Shown one piece after another: positions 8,430 through 16,788 of a stretch of 64,000 nt of DNA (positions are counted from its first letter, which is position 1; every line of letters starts with the position of its first letter). The notes beneath the pieces were generated by a model. The model did not search any database, was not told where the DNA came from, and saw only the letters and a program-made list of their open reading frames with translations. This stretch comes from Eubacteriales bacterium (lineage in GTDB: Bacteria > Bacillota > Clostridia > Lachnospirales > JAITVM01): the NCBI GenBank assembly GCA_031551135.1, contig JAVBOA010000015.1, positions 18,814 through 82,813 on the forward strand. The letters run 5' to 3'. Made by a program: the position numbers and the translations under genes.

Positions 8430-9695
8430 ATGAACTTTCCCACTAATATAAAACAGATTGGGACTATTGATGATGGAATGAAAATTTATGTCGAGGACTA
8501 TGTATATTCTTATTTGAAACAATACGCAAAAAGCAATGATTATAAAGAAAGTCTTGCGGTTTTGATGGGGAAATACATGGAGATTGACAAAACCGAGGTG
8601 GTTTTTATATCGGGTGCGATACAGGGCAAACATCTGGCGGAATCAAACGGCTTGATAAGCTTTACCGACAAATCTTGGGAATATGTGCTTGAGCAAAAGG
8701 AATTGTTTTTTAATGATTTGGAGGTAGTCGGCTGGATGCAGTCGCAGCCGTCTTATGGTACATATTTAAACGCAAGCTGTGCGAATTACCATCTCAATAA
8801 TTTTCGAAAGCCGTATCAAGTTTTATTTATTTACGACCCTGTTGAAAAGGTTAATTCATTTTTCGCATATTCAAAAGACCTGACCGATATTATCGAGAAG
8901 AAAGGCTATTTTATTTACTATGATAAAAACAATGAAATGCATGAATACATGGTTGCGAACAAAATTGCGGGCGCTGAAAAAGAAAAATCCAAAGACCCTA
9001 CGCTGAAATACATTACGGAAAAAAGGGAAAAGCGTCAATCCGCAGTTATCGCTAAAGATTTAAGCGATTGGATTCCCGATGAAAAGGAAAATCCGAAAAG
9101 CTTAATTACGAAAGATGAAAATGAATTTCAGGCACAAAAGAAGGCTCTTAACCTGCTGGTAAGCTTATGCGTTGTTTTATTTGTAACATCTTTTATAATG
9201 GGGATGGGCCTGATGAATAACCAAGACAGAATTGCTACATTGGAAGAAAATCTCTCAACGCTGACAACTACGTATAAAGATTTGGTACAATCTTCGGAGG
9301 TTTTTGCCCAAGCAAACAAAAATACGGTAAAGGAAGGTGATAACACAAATCTGATTGTTGAAAACGGAAATGATTATGTAGATAATCCTGATAAATCAAA
9401 TTTAACAGAAGAAAACATTATTAACGGAGAGACGAATGACGAAAATCTGCCGACGGACGCAGGCACTACATATACAGAAGAAAGTGCGGAGCCAAGTGCC
9501 GAAACGGATTCGGAGGACGCAGATAAAATTCCGGAGTTTTATGTTGTTCAAAGCGGAGATACGCTTTTGAAAATTTCCGAAAAAATCTACGGCACTAGGA
9601 AAATGGCAGGAAAAATTATGGAATTTAACAAGATGAAAGACGCAGATAAAATAGTTATTGGTAAAAAGCTTTTATTACCGCCGAAAAGCGAATAA
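8430..9695 (+). CDS. MPN/JAB-like (apparently catalytically inactive) domain, TM segment, C-terminal LysM domain
   Basis: RBS AGGAGG lies before the ATG. N-terminal MPN-like fold has GWMQSQP in place of the JAMM GW.HSHP motif. TM is LLVSLCVVLFVTSFIMGMGL. Acidic linker follows, then LysM YVVQSGDTLLKISEKIYG...IVIGKKLLLP. Confidence 0.7.
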   Translation: MNFPTNIKQIGTIDDGMKIYVEDYVYSYLKQYAKSNDYKESLAVLMGKYMEIDKTEVVFISGAIQGKHLAESNGLISFTDKSWEYVLEQKELFFNDLEVVGWMQSQPSYGTYLNASCANYHLNNFRKPYQVLFIYDPVEKVNSFFAYSKDLTDIIEKKGYFIYYDKNNEMHEYMVANKIAGAEKEKSKDPTLKYITEKREKRQSAVIAKDLSDWIPDEKENPKSLITKDENEFQAQKKALNLLVSLCVVLFVTSFIMGMGLMNNQDRIATLEENLSTLTTTYKDLVQSSEVFAQANKNTVKEGDNTNLIVENGNDYVDNPDKSNLTEENIINGETNDENLPTDAGTTYTEESAEPSAETDSEDADKIPEFYVVQSGDTLLKISEKIYGTRKMAGKIMEFNKMKDADKIVIGKKLLLPPKSE

Positions 9696-9707
9696 CTTTC
9701 GGTCATC

Positions 9708-9747
9708 GGCGCAGCGGCAAATTGATTTTTGTTGCGCGCCTTTTTTT
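9708..9747 (+). terminator. Intrinsic terminator after the LysM protein gene
   Basis: GGCGC...GCGCC stem followed by TTTTTTT. Confidence 0.65.
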
Positions 9748-9804
9748 CTTAATAAATAATGTAACCAAATTGTAAAAAAATAATCCATTAATTGTAAAAA
9801 ACAC

Positions 9805-9832
9805 TTGCAATTGGAAGCAGATGGTATATAAT
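9805..9832 (+). promoter_or_regulatory. Sigma-A-type promoter of the orphan histidine kinase gene
   Basis: TTGCAA, 16 nt spacer, TATAAT. Confidence 0.55.
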
Positions 9833-9863
9833 ATATTTATTATATATAATACGAGGGATTATT

Positions 9864-10532
9864 ATGGAAAATGCAGATAATTTTAATTCAATAGAAAATA
9901 TTGCAGCAACTATCGCGCACGAAGTTAAAAATCCTCTTTCTTTGGTAAAAGCTAATATAGATTTGTTAGAATCGGCAGATACCGGCAAGGTATTCTCGAA
10001 AAATTACAAGGTGATTAATAATCAGCTTAATATTATAAATGAAATGATAATGGATTTTTTGCAGCTGACAAAATCGATTAATCAAGAATTTGATATTGTT
10101 TATTTGCATGATATTATTCATTCCGTTTTGGAAAACTATAAAGTCTCGCTTTCGCAAAAGGCAAATTTTTATATATCCTGCCCCGACAAAAATATTTCGA
10201 TAATTGGATCAAATAAAAGCATATCAATTTTAATTTTGAATATCTTAAAAAACTCTGTTGAATCTGTTACTGCAAAAAAATGCATCGTAAATATAAATAT
10301 ATATGCTGAGAATGATCAGGCTGTTATAAGTATTTCTGATAATGGACCGGGATTTCCGGAAGACAAAATTTCTGAAATAGGCGATGTATGTTTTACAACA
10401 AAAGAAAACGGAAATGGTTTGGGACTATCAATTTGCAAAAAAATCGTTTCGCAACACAACGGCAAAATATCTTACAAAAACAATGCTGAAAGCGGATGTA
10501 CCGTAACAATGTCGTTTCCCCTATGCTATTGA
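9864..10532 (+). CDS. Minimal cytoplasmic orphan histidine kinase (DHp + CA only)
   Basis: H-box IAHEVKNPLS starts at about residue 15. N box is NILKNSVES, G1 is DNGPGFP, G2 is GNGLGLSICKKIV. No TM or sensor domain and no adjacent response regulator. Confidence 0.85.
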   Translation: MENADNFNSIENIAATIAHEVKNPLSLVKANIDLLESADTGKVFSKNYKVINNQLNIINEMIMDFLQLTKSINQEFDIVYLHDIIHSVLENYKVSLSQKANFYISCPDKNISIIGSNKSISILILNILKNSVESVTAKKCIVNINIYAENDQAVISISDNGPGFPEDKISEIGDVCFTTKENGNGLGLSICKKIVSQHNGKISYKNNAESGCTVTMSFPLCY

Positions 10533-11049
10533 AAACTACAGAGTTTTAAATTTTGAGCTCTGTTCTTAATATAAGAGACCGGATTTTATGCTGTATTTCG
10601 AAGCCCTGTACAGCCATAAAAAAAGGTTTAGTTTAGGAAATTAAACAAAGTTCACCCTAGCTTTGTTAAAACTTCCGACTGTTAATCAATCTTTCTTCAA
10701 TTGAAAAACATTAAACAATGCAGGTACGTATCTATCTCCTACATATAGTACCGGCGAAAGGATTTTATCTTATTCGGTCAGCGCGGTCTAGGTGCCGGCC
10801 GGAACGGAAAAAGTCCGAAAAAACGCGAAGACCCGGGCATAATTTTGGCTTGTGTCCGGATCTTCAAAACTATTTCATGAACTAAAATTAATCCTGATTT
10901 AAAACTATTCGTATTATTACAAAAAGCTGGAGCCTTTCGCTCAAAATTTCGCAAAAGGTATTTGCTTAATAACCCTCTGATTATTGCCGGCTTGACAGGC
11001 AAAAAAATCAAAAGGCTGAATTCAGACAAGTTCTGGGTTTGGTCTTTTG

Positions 11050-12390
11050 TTAATCTTCTTCAGAAGTTCCCAAAACAATTATTATATCAAAATCGGTTTG
11101 GTTTTTTACATATTTAACACGGGGCTTATTAAAAAATTCTTTTAAATCATAGCCAAGACCTTCTTTATTCACATAAATAAAAGTATTTTCGTCTTTCGGC
11201 ATATCCGAATCGCCGATTTCTGTAACATTAAATCCGGCACCAATCAGCTCTTCTTGCTTCTTGCCCGCCAATCCATTAACATAGCCGCCGTTCAAAACTT
11301 TAATCTTTTTGCCTTTGCTGGATATTTTCTGCATATCTTCGTCGTAAAAAACTTCAGAGATGACTTTTTCACAGGCATCTAAATCAAATTCAATATCATT
11401 TGTTTCAACACCGTCAACATATCTCGATTTTACGGGAATCGTAGCGGTTTGGATATTTTCGGGACTTATGTCCTTAACGTATTTTAAATATTTCGGAACT
11501 TCATTGATATTAAAATTAGTTGTGACATATTTGCTGATATTGTTGATAACAGCCTGCGCATTGTTGACAATATTATCTTTTGCCAAAAGCTGCATGATAA
11601 ATTCTCTGACAAAATCCTGCTGAACTTTTACTCTTTCTAAATCGCCCATAATATAAATAGGGCTTTCGTCTTCATAACCGGCATTCGGTTTTCGGTAGCG
11701 CAAAAGACCTTCGGCATCTTTACCGTTCAAAACCTGCTCGCCGGGGTAAAGGTCAATATACAAATCCTGAACGAAATCCTCATATAACATACGCTGCGGA
11801 ACATTAAATTTCACACCGCCCATATCATCGATAAGCGAACGGAATCCTTCTAAATTAAGCTTTGCATAATAATCGATATTTATATCAAAGGTATTTTCGA
11901 TTTCATTAACCAGCATTTCTACACCTAGGCTTTGCCCGGCGTAATGATGCAGTTCGGCAAGCTTTAAATATCCGCTTTGGGGTAGAAATCTATCGTTTTC
12001 AAGCAAAATCTTTTCTTGTTCCTCAGTCAACTCTATATAAATATCTCTTGGGATGCTGATTAGTTTTATAATTTTCTCCTTTGTCAAAAATGTTCCGATC
12101 ATCATAAAATCAGTTCTTGTACCATCGTGGTCTGTACACATAACAATAAAATTCACTCTGGATGAAACAGGTTTAAAAAAATCTTCAATAACATTTGGCT
12201 CTTTCAAGCCGGTATGGATATCATCATTTTTAGTATAATCGATTTCATCTTTTAATATATTTTTTGCAAATATGTATATACCGGCAAATAATAGTGACAT
12301 TATAACAATTAATGAAAAAAACAAAATTAATAATACACGTCTTCTTGATTTTTTATGCTTAATATTGTTCTTTTGTGACTGTGTTGCCAA
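11050..12390 (-). CDS. LytR-CpsA-Psr (LCP) family cell-wall polymer transferase with C-terminal LytR_C domain
   Basis: N-terminal TM, LCP core (FMMIGTF, ISIPRDIYI, KLNLEGFRSLIDDMGGV) and C-terminal IKVLNGGYVNGLAGKKQEELIGAGFNV. Confidence 0.9.
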   Translation of the reverse strand: MATQSQKNNIKHKKSRRRVLLILFFSLIVIMSLLFAGIYIFAKNILKDEIDYTKNDDIHTGLKEPNVIEDFFKPVSSRVNFIVMCTDHDGTRTDFMMIGTFLTKEKIIKLISIPRDIYIELTEEQEKILLENDRFLPQSGYLKLAELHHYAGQSLGVEMLVNEIENTFDINIDYYAKLNLEGFRSLIDDMGGVKFNVPQRMLYEDFVQDLYIDLYPGEQVLNGKDAEGLLRYRKPNAGYEDESPIYIMGDLERVKVQQDFVREFIMQLLAKDNIVNNAQAVINNISKYVTTNFNINEVPKYLKYVKDISPENIQTATIPVKSRYVDGVETNDIEFDLDACEKVISEVFYDEDMQKISSKGKKIKVLNGGYVNGLAGKKQEELIGAGFNVTEIGDSDMPKDENTFIYVNKEGLGYDLKEFFNKPRVKYVKNQTDFDIIIVLGTSEED

Positions 12391-12472
12391 ATTATCTCCT
12401 CCAAAAAATTAATCTAAAGCTAATTCTAACATAACTAAGCATATATTTAAATACAAAATTATTTCAGCCGAC

Positions 12473-12551
12473 TAATACTATTTTCATTTTGATAAGTAGA
12501 AAAAAATTTTTCACAGCATAGCGTTCCGCGGGATTAAAATGGAAATCTGTA
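12473..12551. repeat. Family 1 repeat, internally deleted copy A
   Basis: The left arm is identical to copy C through TTTTTCACAGC. It then runs GCGTTCCGCGG and joins directly to a degenerate right end AATGGAAATCTGTA. Confidence 0.7.
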
Positions 12552-12661
12552 GACATAAAAGAGGATTTGTGAGATAATTAATAGCACACTCAATCTTTTC
12601 ACGATGCATAAATTTCCCTGATTTTCCCTATATAGTTTGATTAAAAATCCTTGGAGGAATT

Positions 12662-13735
12662 ATGTTTTTTCTCACAGTTTTAGTTTTACTAAACTCTTTT
12701 TTTACATCAAACGCCGTTCAGCCATTTAAGATTGATGAGCCGGTGACCGGAAAGTTTGAAAGCAAACAAATATCGAAGGAATATAAAATCAGTATAAATA
12801 AAACCGCTAACGTAGGCTTTTCATTATTCTGCCATACAGATGGCAGCCCTTCAGATATTTCGTGGAAAATATCTTTTTTTAGCGAAGGCGGATATTCTCC
12901 TGTATTTTTAAGTACAGGCACAGATTTTCAAAAAAATAAAAAACAATCAAAGGATTCGGCGGAATGGTATAAAGAAAATTTAACTTTGCCTACGGGAAAT
13001 TATACCGTAACAGTCTCTGTACCGGAAAAATTATTTAATGATGAAATATCCTATATTGATTATTTATTTGAAATTTATCCTTTTGAAAAAGCCTCAAGCT
13101 TGTCTTATGCGGACAAGCCGAGCGCTTGGGCTCAAAAGGAAGTAGAATCGGCTTTAAAATCAAATCTGGTTCCGGCGGAACTGAGTTCAAAATTTACGGC
13201 AAATATTACCCGGGCAGAATTTGCGCGGCTGGTTTCGTATTATGTGGTAAAAAATATTTCCGGCACGCCGGACGCAACGATTCACGCTATGGATAATTGG
13301 CTGGAAGACAGCAATTTTTACAGGCTTCATGGTATCGAAAAAAAATCTTTTGTATTTGCGGACACAAATGATAAATATATTAATTTTGCGTATTCTACAG
13401 GTGTTGTTGCGGGCGTTGGAGAAGGAAATTTTAATCCAAACGGAGTAATTACTCGTGAACAAGCCGCCGTTATGCTGACAAATGCTTCTTTTACTTCTTC
13501 CAATAAAATAAACATAGGCGCAAAAATAATTTTTAATGACAAATCAGATTTTTCGGATTGGGCAAAAGATGCAATTGATTTTATAACTTCGGTGAGGACT
13601 TATGAAAAATCTGTTGCTGTTATGAGCGGAGTTGAAAACGGGAATTTTGCGCCAAAAGAAAAATATACTCGCGAACAAGCGATTGTTACTGTTTACAGAT
13701 TATTACAATCGACGTTTAGTAATGTAGCGGTTTGA
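12662..13735 (+). CDS. Secreted SLH-domain cell-wall-anchored protein
   Basis: RBS GGAGG and a short signal peptide. The C-terminal half has three SLH-like repeats (ITRAEFARLV, FADTNDKYINFAYSTGVVAGVGEGNFNPNGVITREQAAVML, FSDWAKDAIDF..MSGVENGNFAPKEKYTREQAIV). Confidence 0.75.
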   Translation: MFFLTVLVLLNSFFTSNAVQPFKIDEPVTGKFESKQISKEYKISINKTANVGFSLFCHTDGSPSDISWKISFFSEGGYSPVFLSTGTDFQKNKKQSKDSAEWYKENLTLPTGNYTVTVSVPEKLFNDEISYIDYLFEIYPFEKASSLSYADKPSAWAQKEVESALKSNLVPAELSSKFTANITRAEFARLVSYYVVKNISGTPDATIHAMDNWLEDSNFYRLHGIEKKSFVFADTNDKYINFAYSTGVVAGVGEGNFNPNGVITREQAAVMLTNASFTSSNKINIGAKIIFNDKSDFSDWAKDAIDFITSVRTYEKSVAVMSGVENGNFAPKEKYTREQAIVTVYRLLQSTFSNVAV

Positions 13736-13796
13736 TTTTTTTCCGACTAAAACATTTTGTTTTGAAGATATATAGAATCAAGAAAAATCAAACCGC
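13727..13796. repeat. Hairpin repeat family 2 (GCGGTTTGATTTTT ... AAAAATCAAACCGC), copy 1
   Basis: GCGGTTTGATTTTTTTCCGACTAAAACATTTTGTTTTGAAGATATATAGAATCAAGAAAAATCAAACCGC. Its left arm contains the TGA stop of the SLH gene. It is about 80% identical to the reverse complement of 44659-44729. Confidence 0.85.
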
Positions 13797-13820
13797 AAGT
13801 AATCAATATATAGTTATTAA

Positions 13821-13852
13821 TAATGTAGCGGTTTGATAATGTAGCGGTTTGA
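13821..13852 (+). repeat. Tandem duplication of the 16-mer TAATGTAGCGGTTTGA (also the last 16 nt of the SLH gene, 13720-13735)
   Basis: Exact 16-mers at 13720-13735, 13821-13836 and 13837-13852. Confidence 0.9.
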
Positions 13853-13860
13853 TTAAAAAA

Positions 13861-13894
13861 ACTTAGCGGAAATTTTTTTCGCTAAGTTTTTTTG
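13861..13894. terminator. Bidirectional terminator between the SLH gene and pdaA
   Basis: ACTTAGCG-gaaattttttt-CGCTAAGT flanked by A7 and T7. Confidence 0.8.
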
Positions 13895-13901
13895 AAAAAT
13901 T

Positions 13902-14642
13902 TTATAAATCATCGAGATTCTTAAATTCATAGCCCATCTCTTTATATTTATTGATCAATTCCTCTAGAATTTCAACATTTGTTTTTGACATGTTATGCAA
14001 AAGGATTATCGCTCCCGGGTGGATGCGCGGAATTAATTTATCAAATGCTTCTTTTTTGGACGGCTGATTGTAAATATCAAAATCACGGTAGGCCAAAGAC
14101 CAGAAAATAGTTTTATATCCCAATTCTTGAGCTGTTTTTAAATTCTCCTCGTTGTATTTGCCTTCGGGCGGCCGATAGAATTTTTTCATTTTTTTGCCGG
14201 TAATTTCGCTGTAAATATCCTCAACAGCTTTTAATTCGGTATTAAAGGCTTCTTTAGAATATATTTTTGACATATCCGGATGAGTCATTGTGTGATTGCC
14301 GACAATATGCCCTTCCTTAACAATTCGCTTTACGATTTCAGGATTTTTTTTCAAATACGAGCCGACTAAAAAAAATGTAGCCTTGACTTTATTCTTTTTT
14401 AGAATATCCAGAATTTTTTCGGTATATCCGTTTTCATATCCCGAATCAAAGGTTAAATATATTATCTTTTTGCCTTCGTCGCCGACAAAATAAGAATCAA
14501 AATTTTTCAAATATTCTACGCTTTCGTTGGCTGTTGGGCGCGCCTCGTTTTTTGGAAAACTCAAACCCCAATCTTTTGCAAGCAAAGTATTTTGGATAAT
14601 TAAATTTAAAATAATCAAAATTAAAATTATTCTTTTTTTCAT
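13902..14642 (-). CDS. pdaA: Delta-lactam-biosynthetic de-N-acetylase (spore cortex), PdaA-like
   Basis: Signal peptide, then WGLSF...YLTFDSGYENGYTEKILDILKKNKVKATFFLVG...EGHIVGNHTMTHPDMS...YRPPEG...HPGAIILLH, collinear with B. subtilis PdaA. Confidence 0.85.
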   Translation of the reverse strand: MKKRIILILIILNLIIQNTLLAKDWGLSFPKNEARPTANESVEYLKNFDSYFVGDEGKKIIYLTFDSGYENGYTEKILDILKKNKVKATFFLVGSYLKKNPEIVKRIVKEGHIVGNHTMTHPDMSKIYSKEAFNTELKAVEDIYSEITGKKMKKFYRPPEGKYNEENLKTAQELGYKTIFWSLAYRDFDIYNQPSKKEAFDKLIPRIHPGAIILLHNMSKTNVEILEELINKYKEMGYEFKNLDDL

Positions 14643-15026
14643 GTTTCAGCTCCTTAAAAATATACTATAAATAGCTTGCGCAAAAAAATAAAAAATAATC
14701 AATAATTTTACAAATATTTTAAAAACTCGCACCCGTCGAAATTTTCCGGTGAATTTAAAATATATTTTAGTAAATAATATATATCATTACCTTGTATATG
14801 TTTTTTTACAATCATGCTATAATATGCAGTTCGGGAAGATGCTTATATTTTGTTACAGAAAATTAACTTTTAATATGCAATGATATAAAGTATAATTGAA
14901 TATATGCCGTATGATATAGTGACGAACGAAAAAAGTTTACACTCGCTTCTGTCTGAATGCCTGGAACAGGCGCGAAAATCTATTCGTTCATCAGTATATT
15001 CGGCAAAAATTTTTTTTTACTTTTAC

Positions 15027-15069
15027 AGCGGTTTGATTAGAATTTTCACAAAAGAAAACTCAAATCGCA
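15027..15069. repeat. Hairpin repeat family 2, short degenerate copy
   Basis: AGCGGTTTGATTAGAATTTTCACAAAAGAAAACTCAAATCGCA. Confidence 0.5.
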
Positions 15070-15126
15070 TTCGTACCTAATCAATTGTTTTGATTTTCAC
15101 GTTAATTTATTAAGGAGGATTTTTAT

Positions 15127-16620
15127 ATGAAGAAATTTATTCCGGCATGTGTTATATCTGCTGTAGCGGCGGGAATTTTTTGTGTTTCCAGCATTATGGG
15201 AGCCGCCGACGTTACTGTTAAATTAGACGGAAAAACCATTAATTACGCACAAAATGACGCACAGCCTCAAATCGTAGACAACCGCACAATGGTACCTTTA
15301 AGGGCGACCGGCGAAGCTTTTGGTCTGGAATTTGAATGGAACGACAAAACAAGAGTTGTATCTTTTAAAGACGGGGACAAAGTTATCACACATGTAGTAA
15401 ACCAACCTTATATCTATGTAAACGGCGTTCCTATAGAATGTGATTATGCGTCGGCCATAGTTCAGAACAGAGTTTTGTTTTCCGTAAGAATGTTATCAGA
15501 AGCTTTGGGCAAAAATGTTAGTTGGGATGCTCCAAACCGTACGGTAATTATTACATCAACTACAACACCTACAACAACAACCGCTCCATCTACAACAACT
15601 GCACCTTCAACATCATCTGCACCGCTTGTTCCTCAATCGCAAATTGTTAGGGTAGAATCGGACAGAACAACAGTTGGAGTTGGCGAAGAAGTTAGCATAA
15701 CCGTAACTGCCGATAAAAATACTGAATCCGTTAAAATTTCTGAATATGGACAACAAAGAATTTTAGGATTGTCCAAAGATTATACAGAAAGCGGCGAATA
15801 CCGTACTTTCAAGCTTGTATTAAAGCCTGAAGAAGCAAAAGAATCTTTAAGAATCGCTGTATATTCCGCAAATGAAGAAGGATACAAACTTGGCCCGGAC
15901 CAAATTATTAATTTTAAAGTTACAACAACATCGCAAACTTCCGGAACAACCAAAACTACAACCAGCACAAGCACAAGCTCCGGCACTACTTCCGGAACTA
16001 AGCAAAAAGGCGATGCTGATTTAGAAAAATATATTCTTTCTGCTGAAAAAGTTAAATCGGGCGCAACTATTGATATTATAATCTATTCGAATAATTTCGG
16101 CGTTTCGGCTTGGGTTGAAGACGAAAGCGAGTCGGTTATTTCGAAAGCTACCGATCATTCAAATAAAGATTCATCCTATATTTGGAGATTTTCTTTTAAA
16201 CCTTCCAAAACAGGATATTATTATTTCTGCGTTGCTGACAAAAACAACAAAGTTGATTACGAAAAAGTTTATATAACTGTAGAAACAGCTACTTCAACTC
16301 AATATGACAATAGCAATTTTGTTTCGGTTACATTAAAAGATTCGAGTAATTCTGATAACAAAGGCTCTAGCTCAATTATTGTTGATAAATATGATTATGT
16401 TGACGTAGAAATTCAAACAGGCAGAAAAATTGATCGTTTAATCGTTAGAGACAATAATAACAATGAGATTTTCAACGAATCCAGTTCTTATACCGAAAAA
16501 GACGGAAAATTTATCTGGACATTTAGTGTTCGTGCTGACGAAGACACAAGATATACAGCTGTTATCAGATATGACAACGTTGACAGAAATACCAGAGAAT
16601 TTAGAGTAAATGTTGATTAA
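15127..16620 (+). CDS. Secreted protein with copper-amine-oxidase-N-terminal-like (stalk) domain and Thr/Ser-rich linkers
   Basis: RBS AAGGAGG and a signal peptide. Stalk-domain pattern VKLDGKTINY...PQIVDNRTMVPLRATGEAFGLEFEWND. Linkers TTTPTTTTAPSTTTAPSTSSAP and TTTSQTSGTTKTTTSTSTSSGTTSGT. Confidence 0.75.
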   Translation: MKKFIPACVISAVAAGIFCVSSIMGAADVTVKLDGKTINYAQNDAQPQIVDNRTMVPLRATGEAFGLEFEWNDKTRVVSFKDGDKVITHVVNQPYIYVNGVPIECDYASAIVQNRVLFSVRMLSEALGKNVSWDAPNRTVIITSTTTPTTTTAPSTTTAPSTSSAPLVPQSQIVRVESDRTTVGVGEEVSITVTADKNTESVKISEYGQQRILGLSKDYTESGEYRTFKLVLKPEEAKESLRIAVYSANEEGYKLGPDQIINFKVTTTSQTSGTTKTTTSTSTSSGTTSGTKQKGDADLEKYILSAEKVKSGATIDIIIYSNNFGVSAWVEDESESVISKATDHSNKDSSYIWRFSFKPSKTGYYYFCVADKNNKVDYEKVYITVETATSTQYDNSNFVSVTLKDSSNSDNKGSSSIIVDKYDYVDVEIQTGRKIDRLIVRDNNNNEIFNESSSYTEKDGKFIWTFSVRADEDTRYTAVIRYDNVDRNTREFRVNVD

Positions 16621-16641
16621 TTAAAACATAAAAAGTTTTAC

Positions 16642-16670
16642 GAGAATGGCGCATTGCGCCATTCTTTTTT
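16642..16670 (+). terminator. Intrinsic terminator after the stalk-domain surface protein gene
   Basis: GAGAATGGCGC-att-GCGCCATTCT followed by TTTTT. Confidence 0.85.
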
Positions 16671-16788
16671 AAAAATTTTTATATATGAAAACTCTGAGGC
16701 GGCACGGAAATCTGTGCCGTCTTTTTCTTTCAAATATAAAAATATAATGTTATCATAATATAGATTAAAAAAATAAAAGGAGAATTTT

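Noticed and set aside
10760-10830. SRP (4.5S/scRNA)-like sequence CCGGAACGGAAAAAGTCCG near GGTCAG.
   Set aside because: The near-invariant domain IV core GGUCCGGAAGGAAGCAGCC is absent, and no matching 3' strand was found.
13720-13852. Possible CRISPR-like or minisatellite array from repeated TAATGTAGCGGTTTGA.
   Set aside because: There are only three copies. Two are directly adjacent without spacers, there are no cas genes, and the repeat is 16 nt. It is better explained as duplicated ends of the family-2 hairpin element.
16697-16722. Riboswitch upstream of the ECF S-component gene.
   Set aside because: The only structure is GGCGGCACGG-aaat-CTGTGCCGTC plus a T-tract directly after the previous gene's terminator, so it is a tandem terminator. 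No known aptamer motif (THF, preQ1, TPP, FMN) is recognisable in the ~165-nt gap.
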